Shown here: one piece after another, positions 1-11,923 of the stretch
How positions within the stretch are numbered: the first letter of the stretch is position 1
Layout: each line of letters opens with the position of its first letter
Assembly: GCF_000143415.4 (NCBI RefSeq)
Contig: NW_003314344.1
Coordinates: 380,336 to 444,335 of the forward strand
DNA length: 64,000 nt
Reading direction: 5' to 3'
Source of the DNA: Selaginella moellendorffii
Lineage: Eukaryota > Plantae > Lycopodiophyta
Program-made: the position numbers and the translations under genes
Notes under the pieces: generated by a model
Database searches by the model: none
Seen by the model: only the letters and a program-made list of their open reading frames with translations
Told to the model about the DNA's origin: nothing

Positions 1-2610
1 AGTTAGAGTTGTTTACACGGTCATGCCCTTTCAACGGAATAAGGAACATCGACAGAGAGGTGGGTGATGTGATCAGTCGACAGTAGCTACCTCATGACTA
101 GAGATTTCAACATGCACACGAAGTGCCGAAGCCAGTCTGCCTATACTGGCCCAAACTCAAAGATCAAGATATGGACAATATCAAAGTCATAGACAATGAT
201 GTCTTAGAGACTTAATTATCAGTGAATATACCTTAGAGTAGAACACAAAAGTATTCTAAGTAAGTTATCATCCAATAAACTAGTATTATAGGATAGGAAC
301 CACCAAGATCACTATCATTAGAAAACATAGGATTCACCACCCAACAAAATTCAATAACAAGTATATCATCAAGTACACTCAATGAGAAAACTTAACTACC
401 GAAGATTGTAGACAATATGCTAAACAACTTACCAAAGATAACTCAAAGAACACCAAGTATCAATGACTAGCAAGCAAAATGTTCGCGAATGTATCACTCG
501 AAGGAAATAACATCCCAACCTATCAGAACTACCTTGAGCAATAATCAACAGAATAGAATGAATGAAGTAAAACTAACAAACACTCATTCATGTCAACTAT
601 CACAAAAGCCAATCTGAATAGATTCCAGTCAACAATACCAAAGAACCAAAGTTGCTCAAGCAAGCGTTAGCAACATCCTACTAATGTCTCAAACCCAAGA
701 GATCAATCCAAAGCAAACCACAAAGAACATGTGGTATTGCAAAGAGCCATAAGCCATCAAAGAGAATAACTAACCATCATGAAAGATCATCAATCATCCC
801 ATCAAAAAGAGATATGCAGAATCATTGTCTAAGAAGGAATTCACCATCCCGAAGAATAGCAAATCAATCTAGATCAACGATAATCAAGCAAAACCTTTGA
901 CAAAGATAATCAATTATCCTAGATGATAATCAATCATCACCAATGATTGCTAAATGCAAATACTAATTTTAATATCGAAGCTAGGAGCCAAAATGCCTTC
1001 CCCAACAACTTCTAACAAATGGAACAATGAGCATAAAACTCAAAGAACCAAAAGCTTGAAGAAGCCTATAGCCAAGTCTTGCCTAATAATGATCACGAGT
1101 CTCATAAAAACTAACTTCAATGCTAAAAAAGAAATCGTGATGCAACCCACAATATCTTCCTCAACATATCTATAAGCCAAACTTCATAATGCCAAAGCTA
1201 ATGAAGAGCATTTCTGCATCAATCTAAAAGCTAAACACAATAAAGCTATGCCCAACAAGTGATCACTAAACAATCCTCCATGAATCCATTTACAACAACA
1301 TGTAACTCACTTTATAACAAGCACAAAAAGAATCATCAACAATCGATATATCCCGAACTCAAATCTAATAAAGACTCAAACATTCTAATATCGATCACTA
1401 ACTCTTCCACTTGCAAAGTTAGTAAAATCACTTTTCAAGGAAAAGCCAAAGCTCAACCCTTACTAAATAATCTCGTCTAAAACACAACTAACTTAAACTT
1501 GCCACTCAGCTCATTGAACATCAATACAATTGCTAATTAGCAATGCACGAATGCTAATAACACAAAGCGAAATCCAAATCATCAACACTATTTGCATCAA
1601 GACCAATGAAACTCAATATCAATCCTAAGGAAAAACATCTCATTTCACTCGAATCTCAATATTAATATTGTCAATGACAAGGCATTACTTCAATACCATC
1701 AACACTAGGACAAAGCTAGAAGAAAGCAAGAATGAATCACCACTCAAAACTCTCCAGCAACCAAGCTAACCAAAATTGAAGATACCTTAGTTAGTATCCG
1801 AAACCAATCCTTCAGCAATACTCAGTTTCAGATAACACATCATCAAGGAGTGATTCACCACATCCACGACTCAATGAAATCCAACACTACAGACTAAATG
1901 TAACCAAATGATATCAACAGAGGTAGAGTCGATATGCCAACATGAAAAACTCATGTAAGTCTAACGACACGATCCTCCGCAACACCATCCGGTAAAGCAA
2001 GCCCATCACTGCTAAATCATCATCGAGCAAAGCAAGTGTCAACAGTCCTTGATGAAGTCTACAAGTAATTACTAGTTGCAAGCAACTAACAATCACTCCT
2101 CCACTTGCCTTCACAAGACCCAAACACCAACTTTTGTCATTAAGTTATATACTTGTTTAACATGAACATGATACCCCAAGTACGAGATAAAAGTTTATAG
2201 ACAAGCACCAACTAAATGACCACTCGAATCCAACTCAACCGCAATAAGCTCACTAATGCATTTAGCTAATAGCTCTGAGCATGCCTTGAAGAGGCTAGCT
2301 ATGCCTAATCAACACTTAGTCAAAACTAAAGTGAAGACCACGAGATGGACCCATATCAGTACACAACCTCCTCATAGACACAGCTATAGTATGGGTACCA
2401 ACATCTCAACCTCAAACAACTAAGTTGGACATCATCATCCTCAGCCAAGGCACAAGGTCACCAAGACCAAGTCAAGATCAGTGAGAGCTCACTACTCTCA
2501 TAGAGTCTAATGAAATGCAAGGTGCAATCTGCCACCAAGCACAACACTTTAGATGAAAGGGGAAAATACAAAAGTTGATGTTGAAATGATTGGTTCGGGA
2601 CGAACCAACA
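1..2610. mobile_element. Probable non-coding retrotransposon-derived sequence (possible LTR end at 2610)
   Basis: Strong A/C strand skew and no credible ORF. It ends in TGTTGAAATGATTGGTTCGGGACGAACCAACA (2579-2610), a CAACA LTR-like terminus. The partner end is not in the window. Confidence 0.3.
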
Positions 2611-2945
2611 ATTCTATTCAAAACTTAAGACATATTTTCAGTTCTAGAAAAAGCTAAATAATATAAATCTAATAAGAAAATAAATATCATAAGTCAAAGA
2701 AGAAACTCTATATTACCACTAAAAAATTCGACTAAAAAGAAAACTAAATTTAGTCTTCCTCGACATCCACATCCACAAAAGGAAGAGTTCGTATAGTATT
2801 ATGCTCTCTAACTGTGGGCTCTTGTTGTATATGAGCTTGTGCCATTGTTTCTACATAACATGGCAAATTATAGCCCACATCATCAATCCATCTAATATAC
2901 ACAACCATGATGGAATTACTATAAGGAGAAATTTATACTTTATTA

Positions 2946-5900
2946 TCACCTGTTATGCAATGTCCCAAGAACACCTTCAAATGTACTCTCCTTCTCTAGT
3001 GCAAAAATTGCACACCCAGTCTCTTTAGCCGCTAGCACCATCGAACCAAAACCTACTGTAGCATCAAGCATAATCCCCTTAAGAGGACAAAACAACTTTA
3101 GGAGGATTTGCATAGCCTTTGGTGAATGGTGTCGATAACCAGGGAACTCTATATGATGGTCCTCATTGATGACATTCGGGATGATATCTGTTGAGCTATC
3201 ATATCCTGGCAATGCCAAACCTGCACGCTCATCAGCTCGTGTAATACTATGATGGCAAGAGTAGCGGCAGAGAGCATGGTAGTTCCATGCTAAAACCTAT
3301 AAGGAAAAGAGGCAATCAATTTAAGATATGAAAAATAAGGAAATGTAAACCTTTTGGATTCGGCCACCTGCTCCTTTTGTTTCGACCGGGATGTTTGAGA
3401 GTAGACAACCTGATGCAAACTCAACCAATCTAGAGTCATCATTCTCCGCCATCATTGCAAGAAGACCTCCCCAAAATAAAGAACGGGGAAGAATGACTAG
3501 CATAATGCCCTTGTATCGCAACACCTTGGATGCCACATCCACCGCTTGAGAAATATGGTCCGGTCGAAGGATGTTCTAGGATGGAGTGTCATCTTGTAAA
3601 GGTGGTAACCCATCAGGCAGATCAAAGAATGTGAGGTCGATGCCAAAAGTATTGTTCATTCCCAATCCTCGCATCCATCGATGGAACATAGAAGACTCTC
3701 GGCTCACATTGTTGCAAAGTGGAAAGTAGTCCCCAATAACTATTTCCACATTGCCAACACTTCCCATAGGAGAAAGAGGGCGAACCTAAATAGTGTTCAA
3801 AACCAGGAAATATTAAAGTTAATACATGTTTTTTTTCATACCTGTTTATGTGAAGCCGATGAAGATAACTCTTGGAGGTCGTCCTCTGTAGCAGTGGGGA
3901 GGGATGGAAAGAATGCATTTGTACGTCGATGTAAAGAGTGCTGGCTGGTTTCTCCGACATCTACAACCAAATTACATTAAGCAAAGTCATTGGAAATCAA
4001 GTTCTTACTCTCTTGGACGTCCTCACTATGGAGCTACCTTTGTATATTTCGAGCAATCGGGGCTGGACGAGCAACGGCAGTAGGATCTGAGGAATGAGCA
4101 ACTGCTATAGGATGAGATGGGGCAGGAGAGTTTTCAGCCGGGTTCTCCACTCGTTCGTCTTCGGTCTGCTCAATATGAATCTCGTCCCTGTCTTGAGGCA
4201 TCTCCACTCCCTCCAAAAGTGCCTTTACAATAAAGTAGAAACATAAGTTACTACTAGGAAATTTTACTCATCAAACCTAGATGACACTCGAGGTAGAGAT
4301 CAAGCTCAAAAGGTGACGATGGCATTTGCCTCCACAACTCCAAATACCATGGACAAAGTTCTCGCTCCCATGTAGTGGAACACTGAAACTCTGGCTCATA
4401 CATACCAAGTTTCTTCCCACCAATTAAGAGCTTGAGAAAAACACTTGCTGTGTACATTGGAGCACCTAGGCAATGATTTAAATACCTACAAAAGAGTCAT
4501 GATTAAATAAACAAGTCAATTTTTTGCAATGTACCTATATGCCATGCGACATGAGAAAAATGGTTGGCCCGGCTGATTCTTGAAATCCATAAAGCTTGAG
4601 CTGCCATCAGGAAGCCATCCATCCCCAAGCTCTTGAAGGGAAGCTCAGACATATTCTGGAAGTGTTATGCCGGTGCGGGCACTAGTAAGGAACTTCGTAT
4701 CCCATACTTGAAGTAGCTCCTCGGCAGCCGCAATACTCTGAGTGATATAGAGCTTCTCCTTCATCACATTCTCAAGTTTGCTCTCCAACCTTTTATCATT
4801 GTTACGATGCCAAGTGTTGAGGAGTTCCAAGCAAGAGGTTTGTTCGTTAAAGGAGAGCTTGCTTTTTGCGATGTTATAAATCAATTCTTTAGGTGCTTTA
4901 CCATTTCCTGCAAGGACAAGGATTTCAAAGTGGAATGAAAAAGATAAAAGGGACTAACTTACTGCCACGAGAGCATATCTCTGCAATGCAATCCAACCAA
5001 TATTTATCGCGGTGAATGTCTGCAATTGCAAGTAGCTTCTTCACCTTTGATTTCTTCGAGTTCAAAATGCGCTACTCAATTTGTCGCAGTTCAAGGTTCT
5101 TTTGCACCTCATCCGTCACTTGCGTAATCTTCAAATACGAGTTTTTCTCCGCCTTGACAATTGGCTAAAAGAAAAACTTGTGAGTAGAAAACACAAGTTC
5201 ATGCAAGAAAAGGATACCTTTGCCCAGACCGCAACCAAAAAATCCATAGGCACTTGATACCAAGTAAGCAACTCTTGGCTTTTACGTGCCACAAGCTTTG
5301 CTTGAACCACTTCCATAACTTCACGACTATACAACATCTGGATTTCGTCGAGAGAAAGCATGCCAACATATCAAAGGTGCTCAATATCATGGACCAAGGT
5401 ATGTGCTTGGAAAGCAAATTGATTAAGCTTGTAATATAGTTGGTGAGAAAAAAGGTTACAAATAAAAGATTCTTACATGTTGATCTTGTGATATGCCAAG
5501 TTGAGCCTCACAGCTTGGTTTCGATCTTGTGGCTCCACAAGTGTCACTGGAACACAAATATGTCGCTTGTCATCGTCTTGGAACTTCTCTTGGATACACC
5601 TCCAAAACGCAAGCCACCGGTGGTTTATATCAATAATGAAGAACATCCGGCCTACAAAGGCTTGTGTCTCCTTGTGGCATGCCATCAAAGTATCAAACTC
5701 TTGAGATTTCCTCTGCCATATTTGATCCCAAGTTTGCTCAATCTCATGAGTAACCATGTCTATGCAATTTGTTTCGGAAAATGATGACGACACAATAAAC
5801 GATCCAGCAGTGTGCCCGAATCTAACCTCTGTGAAAGAGGTATAAATAGCCATGTTGAGGTCGTAGGCTGAGTGCACCCAGTGACTCTACTTAAGACAGC

Positions 5901-6415
5901 AAAGTGGAATCTCAAGATGTTGGGATCCTTTCCAAGCCATTTCACCTAACACCTTGCTAATAGTTCATTCTTGAGCCTGGACAATAGTCTCACGTACTTG
6001 CTCATTCAAGATCGTGTCGGCCTCTAGCATAGTTACCACCTCATTTCTGTGACCTTCAAGAGCAGCAGCATGTCCGCCATTTCCACCACCAAGATCTGCC
6101 CCACCACCTATAGCACTAGGTGCTTCATTTCTGCCACCAAGTTCCGCACCACCACCTATGGCACTACCACCAGCAGCTTCTCCTATGCTATAGCTAGCTT
6201 CTGCATTTCCACGCTCTCTAGAACCATTTGGCTCCTGCATGCTAACACCTGGATCTGGACAACACTACTCCCACCATGGTCTTCCTCCGAAGCAGCGCTT
6301 TGAACTTGTGACATGTCCCTAGTGAATCTAGCACAACAATCTAGTTGTTTTCCTGGAGAATGGGTCCATTGAGGTTGACCGGGACACTTCTTTTGTTGTG
6401 GCATGATTTATATAT
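2946..6415 (-). pseudogene. Multi-exon gene: ParB/Srx-like domain plus beta-class amino-DNA methyltransferase-like domain (decayed)
   Basis: 5473-5877 reads GSFIVS...FFIIDINHRWLAF (ParB-like DGxHR). 3576-3767 reads IVIGD...IDLTFFDLPDG..TPS*N (motif IV DLPY-like, W-to-stop). 3321-3542 reads ASKVLRYKGIMLV. 2946-3218 reads SPKAMQILLKLFCPLKGIMLDATVGFGSMVLAAKETGCAIFALEKE (motifs X-I-II). There are short GT-AG introns, a frameshift near 5880 and in-frame stops. Confidence 0.7.
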
Positions 6416-6463
6416 CTGCATGAAAATGACAAATAAACTTGAGTAAACATTAAAAAAACCGCG

Positions 6464-6846
6464 AAGAAGTTCCCTTGGCTCGTCGTCACGGAACTGATCT
6501 TTGCAGCACCAAGGGAACAAAAAAAAAGAAGAAAAGAAGAAGTTCCCTTGGCGCTGGGAAGATCGGTTCATCACCGAACCGATCTTCCCAGCACCAGGGA
6601 AAAAAAAAAAGAAGAAAAGAAGAAGTTCCCTTGGCGCTGGGAAGATCGGTTCGTCGCTGAACCGATCTTCCCAGCACCAGGGGAAAAAACAAAAAGAAGA
6701 AAAGAAGAAGTTCCCTTGGCGCTAGGAAGATCGGTTCGTCGCTGAACCGATCTTCCCAGCACCAGGGAAAAAACAAAAAGAAGAAAAGAAGAAGTTCCCT
6801 TGGCGCTAGGAAGATCGGTTCGTCGCTGAACCGATCTTCCCAGCAC
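6464..6846. repeat. Hairpin tandem array, ~84-bp unit (left half)
   Basis: Unit is GAAGAAAAGAAGAAG-TTCCCTTGGCGCTGGGAAGATCGGTTC-GTCGCT-GAACCGATCTTCCCAGCACCAGGGAA-A-tract, recurring near 6541, 6624, 6709 and 6793. The last unit is cut by the transposon insertion. Confidence 0.95.
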
Positions 6847-8476
6847 ATGCTCTATTTCGTTAAAGTGGGATTTATTCAGTAAAATGGGACTAGGTACAAA
6901 TTTTCAAGTATTTGAAAATGACGTGAAATTATATGTTTTTTGTCCAGGGGCTAGACATATCTGGGGCATGGTGACTAGCGCGGTGACTTTGTGTCCAGAC
7001 TGAGTCCATCTGGTTGTATAATAAATCTCATTGTCAAGGTGAACAAGCCGAATCTGAAGCTAAAGAAGAGCGATCGCATGCGCGCACACACTATTTGTTT
7101 GTTCATTGAGCGTGTGGTGAGCTTTCCAAGATGAACGTCATTCCTATTAGCCAGACATATAACTTAATGGTGAGAACATTTAGATATTATTCAATGTTAT
7201 CTTTTTCTAATGAATCTAATTGTGAAGGTGTAGCAAGAGGCATTGCTAGTCTAGAGAAGTCATTTAACTCATTTGACCCTTAGTGTATTTTCATGAAACT
7301 AAATAACATTCATATTATTAAGGAATTTCTCTAGTACCTTTTTTTTATGACTTAGAGGCTTGCATTTCTTTCAAAGGTGATTTAGTAAAAGGCCTGAGGG
7401 CACATGCCATTCTATTTCTCAGACCGGTATTAAGATATACTAGTGCAAAGGGAAAAAGGTATTTGGTGATCAAGTAAATGGCATGAGGGCACACGCCATT
7501 ATAAGCCTAAGTGCTAGTGGACACCTCCTTTTTGGTACTCTCAGCGGTACTATCATCCTCTCTGGGTCAGTTGTTTTGCTTTGGATTGTTGTCTCTGACG
7601 TTACTGGGGCGTTCTCGATAGTTGTTAATGTTGCCGTTTGTTCAGAAAAATGATCACCTGGAGTATAGTACGGGGAGTTTGGAAGACTTATATATTCTAC
7701 ATCTTCACCTATCTCCTTCTCCGTCTCCTTTTCTGCCTTACTTACAGATTTTGTGCTTGCCATGAGAACACTCTTCACCCTAAAATATGGAGTTTGTTGT
7801 GTTATAAAAGGAAACCAACACACACGCTACAAGGGAATGATGGTACATAAAGCACGTAAGCCCACAATATGGGTTTATGTGCCATTAATATGGGCCACAC
7901 GCCATATTATTAGATTTATGCACGTGTGATTGGTAAATGCATATGTCACATCATCTTTGTTTTACCTCACACACTATATCAGGCCTAATGAACCATATCA
8001 CATGTGCACACATGCTATATATATGGAGAAGTATTATGCAAGGATAGAAAAATTCAATGCATGATTGTGGAGAGCAATGGCATGAAGCCACATGCTAAAT
8101 AACATTTTAGAGAAAGAATTAAAATAAAAACATGCAAACAATACTGAGTGGACCAAGACTTAGAAGTGCACAATTGAATGAGGTATTTCTAATAAATATT
8201 TCACTCACCTCATATAGGAATGGCTACCACTCTCAAATGGCATATCACCTCATGCCATCACCTCGCAATTTGTTATAACAATCCGATGAATTCATATTCG
8301 GCTTGTTCACCTTGAACTTTAAGTAAGATTTGCTAGAACAACTAAGAATTTATACTTGTTATTTGTATCATCTCACCTAGGAATGGCGTAAGGCCACATG
8401 CCATCACGCCTCCTCTGATTCAGATTCGGATTGTTCACCTTGAAATAAAATACATTAGAAACTTAGTAAAGGAATA

Positions 8477-11302
8477 TTAATGAATCTCACCTTGAACCCG
8501 GGTTATGAATGCTCTTGCTGCATCTCTTGCATGGTCTAACAAGGTGATGGTGGCACTCTGCTTCCACATCCAACCATGCACAACATTATCCACCGATATG
8601 CTCATGCTGGGATCCCTTGGATTCAGCACCCATCTCTTTTCTAGGCAATCCTTCGTATATCCGGAACTTGGCTTGAACCACTCCACAGTTACATTGAAGG
8701 AGTTAGTTTCCGCATCCTCCTCTGCATCAGTGATGCAGCGCCCCACCCATATCATTTATTTTTTATTACTGGGTCTGACAAGCATGACCATTCCTTTGCA
8801 GACCTGTACTGGATTGAATGCTGAATTCGGCTTCTTGTTCCTCGGCCCACAATAGTGATCCTCAACATCGTTATCTGTCACTGCATTTCCAGAGGACATT
8901 GTTCCGCTACTATCTGGTGCTCTGGGTTCTGGCCAAAAGGACGCTTCCAATTCTTCATATACAACCGGCCCATTTTGGATAGCAGATATAATCTTCTCCC
9001 AGTATTCGAGCAAAGGCTTGCACCTCTTAAAATAGGATTCTCCACCAAACACCAACCCCCTCTTCCAGAAGGCAATATGCTGTCTAATCCCGGCCACTAT
9101 ACTTTCCTAGTCTTTGAGTCCATCCAGGTGCATCGGCCGTGGGGAACCCTGAGGAATCATAGGTTCCCCAGTTATGGGATTTCTCTTGAAGAGTTCAATG
9201 CCGTCCACTGGCAGCCACACTGTGTCCCATTCTCTCATCTTGTACCTCATCACTAGAGCACTGTCACGCATGCTGAAATGAAACTGAAGAGGCTTGGAGT
9301 GGCCAATCAGCGTTTCGGATCCGTCCCTGATGTAGCCTCTTACAAACCCCTTAAAGTCTGGAACCTCTGTCACAAGTGCAGCTTCAACAGTGCCTTTGAT
9401 GCAATTTTGGAATTCATCGTAGAGTTGTGGGAGGGTGAGGACATTGGATCGCCGAAGGGACTCTGCCAGGTGACTGAACATGGCATCGACGTCTTCATGA
9501 GTGTGCCCAACCATGAGAAAGCCAAGTGTAACCGTTTCAAATATGCCTTTGGCAACAAGCATCACCAAGTACGCGAAGACGTACATGTTTTTGTTCTCAC
9601 TGCCAGCATTGTCTGTTTGGAGCAGAAGATGGGGTGGAAGGCCACATCGGCCGCAAGAACTTCCTTGAGATTCTGCTTCGTTTGGATGAGGCTGTGCATT
9701 CACCGGGCGACCAGCCTCGTCGGAATGGCATGAGGCCTCACGTGATAACCCTACAATCTGACGGCCAACATATTCATTGGGGTGGCATGGGGCCCCACGC
9801 GATACTGCAAGCCTTTGCTCCTCCTCCAGCTGAACCCTGTATGGGGTTTGATCGACAAGGGCCTTATGCAAGGGTTGGCCGTTCAGCTCAGTCTGTGCAC
9901 TTTGCAGAGACATTAAGTGTTTTGCTAGGGATGCAATCATCATGTTTGCACCCCCGCCACCCCATAGAGGTACAAAGAAGTTCCTATAGTTCTGGGCACC
10001 ATGCCCATGAGCGATTATGCCAAACAAAGACACAGGCAGCTGCATGGATGAAGAGATTGCCTTGGGGGCAGGATTGAGTCGAGGTAAGCACGTCTTTTTC
10101 TAGTCCATTTTGTCGTGGATGATGCAGAGGTAAGAGTCAGGTCTCTCCATGGAGAGAATCCTGTTATGATAATATGCAGTTCTGTAGCTTCTCTGCTCGA
10201 TGTTGTGGTCGAGCCGCCTTCTAACCAACGTCTCTCGCTCTTGAGCGATACAAAAATTCTTCGACAAAGCCATTTTGATAGCAGTGCACTCGTCACACTT
10301 TGAAAAGCTGGAGTACTTTCCTATACTCACATCCCTGAACCTGTTGCTCCACAATCTACTAAATCTAGATTGGCTCAGCTTCCTATAGCCATTACTCTGG
10401 AGTTCCCGATTCACATCTTCCAATATGGCCCCCTTGGTATACATGGAAGGGAGAACTCGTTGGGTGTCTCGAGTTCCATCTTCCAAGAGGCGGGTTTTAT
10501 GTGGTTGCTGCTCGCTACATGTCTCGACAAACCTCTTGAAGATTGCCTCTCCATATACAACATGACCCCTGGTTTTGTGAGTACCATCGTTCCCATGGAC
10601 TGCCTGTTGAACCCTTTGTTCCTCGAACTCAGTTTTGATTCTGTAGAATGTGGTTCGAGGGACTCCATAAATGATTCTCCATGCCTTCATGCAGACCAAA
10701 CCCCTCTGGAAGACCATGCCCCCCACCTGATGTTCTGAAGCATCAACAGATGACCGTAATGCCTCATACACAAAATTGCGAGCTGCCTTCCAGGACAATG
10801 TCTTGTATCTTGCTCTCTCCTCTTCAATAGCATCCCAATCAGCATGTTGACAGCACCTCCTCTTGCAACAAGCAACTGTCGAGACCATTCGAACCTCCAT
10901 CTCCATTTTCTACCTTTTCGGTTCGTTGCTCAAATCCCTTTGGCTGCACTTTAGGAAGGTGTACTTTCTTTTCCCATAAAGAGATGTTCTGTCATCAGTT
11001 GTAGTGGTGTTTGATTGTGAATCCTTCACATTCTCAAACACTAAGTGCCTCAATTTCCACCGCACAATGCTTCCAATAGTCAGACTGTTTTCTTCTGTGT
11101 TAACAACCTCTAAAATTGCAACTCCAATATCATCCCAGCCCAATTCTTGATTAGCAACTGCATCTCTTGGATCGACAATTGTGGCTAAGCCCTCAGCTAC
11201 CACCTCCCCCTCGGGGTTGTTTAGAAACACCTTTGCCTGAATCCATGTAGCACAGTTCTTAAGATCCACGGAGGGAACATGCATCACACTTGCGAAGGCC
11301 AT
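8477..11302 (-). pseudogene. Sola-like (DUF7869-type) DDD transposase, one ~940-codon frame with 4 premature stops
   Basis: ORFs 10910-11302, 10100-10906, 9107-10045, 8756-9097 and 8477-8755 share one frame. Motifs: CCKRRCC, VCMKAW, SKCDECT, IIHDKMD*KK, LLLQTDNAGSENKN, FLMVGHTHEDVDAMFS. Confidence 0.85.
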
Positions 11303-11639
11303 TCTGAAAGTGCAGAAAAGAAGTTAAGACCATACAAAAAATAATTGGAGAATGGCCTAAATCATAACATACCAAACAACCTTAATAGCATGAGACCACA
11401 TGCCATTATTCAAACATGCTATTGACACCCACGTGAAATTTCGCATTCACAAAATTGGCATGAGGCCTCATGCCATCTTGATATACACACAGCTGCAGGC
11501 AAGTAAAAACATACATGACAATACGCTAGCCATGAAATTGCAAGGGCCCAAGATGGCATGTGGCCTCATGCCATTTCTAAATGTGGTCCTAAGCCATTCC
11601 ATGGTGAACATACCAGGAAGCACAAGTGTCGAATATCAA

Positions 11640-11880
11640 GAGGAAGCGGTAGCCACACCAAAGACAGTGCCGCTCGCAACACCGCAACTACTTGTAGCAC
11701 CGCTCGCAACACCACAACTGCTCATAGCGCCGCTTGCACAAACTACCACTCGCATAAACTGCCGCTCGCAATGGCGCTCACAATGCCGCAACCGCTCGTA
11801 GACGCATAAACCACAGCTCACAATGCCGCTTACACAAGCAGCGCTCACTGCGCTCAGCGGAACCAAGAACACGGCGCACA
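11640..11880. repeat. Short imperfect tandem repeats (GCCGCTCGCAA-like) upstream of the transposase
   Basis: Repeated (G/A)CCGCTCGCAA/CACCGCAAC units are visible. Confidence 0.7.
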
Positions 11881-11923
11881 AAAATGATAGACCTAGGAAT
11901 GAGTTCGAGAATTCAAAAATAAC

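Noticed and set aside
954-2123. Short ORFs in the first 2.6 kb
   Set aside because: Composition-driven, with no protein motifs.
6464-6846. CRISPR-like appearance of the palindromic repeat arrays (also 19401-19990)
   Set aside because: The linkers are near-identical A-rich tracts rather than unique spacers, there are no cas genes, and the context is eukaryotic.
6475-6848. Lys/Arg- or Phe-rich ORFs over the arrays (also 19290-20079)
   Set aside because: They are translations of the tandem repeat in several frames.
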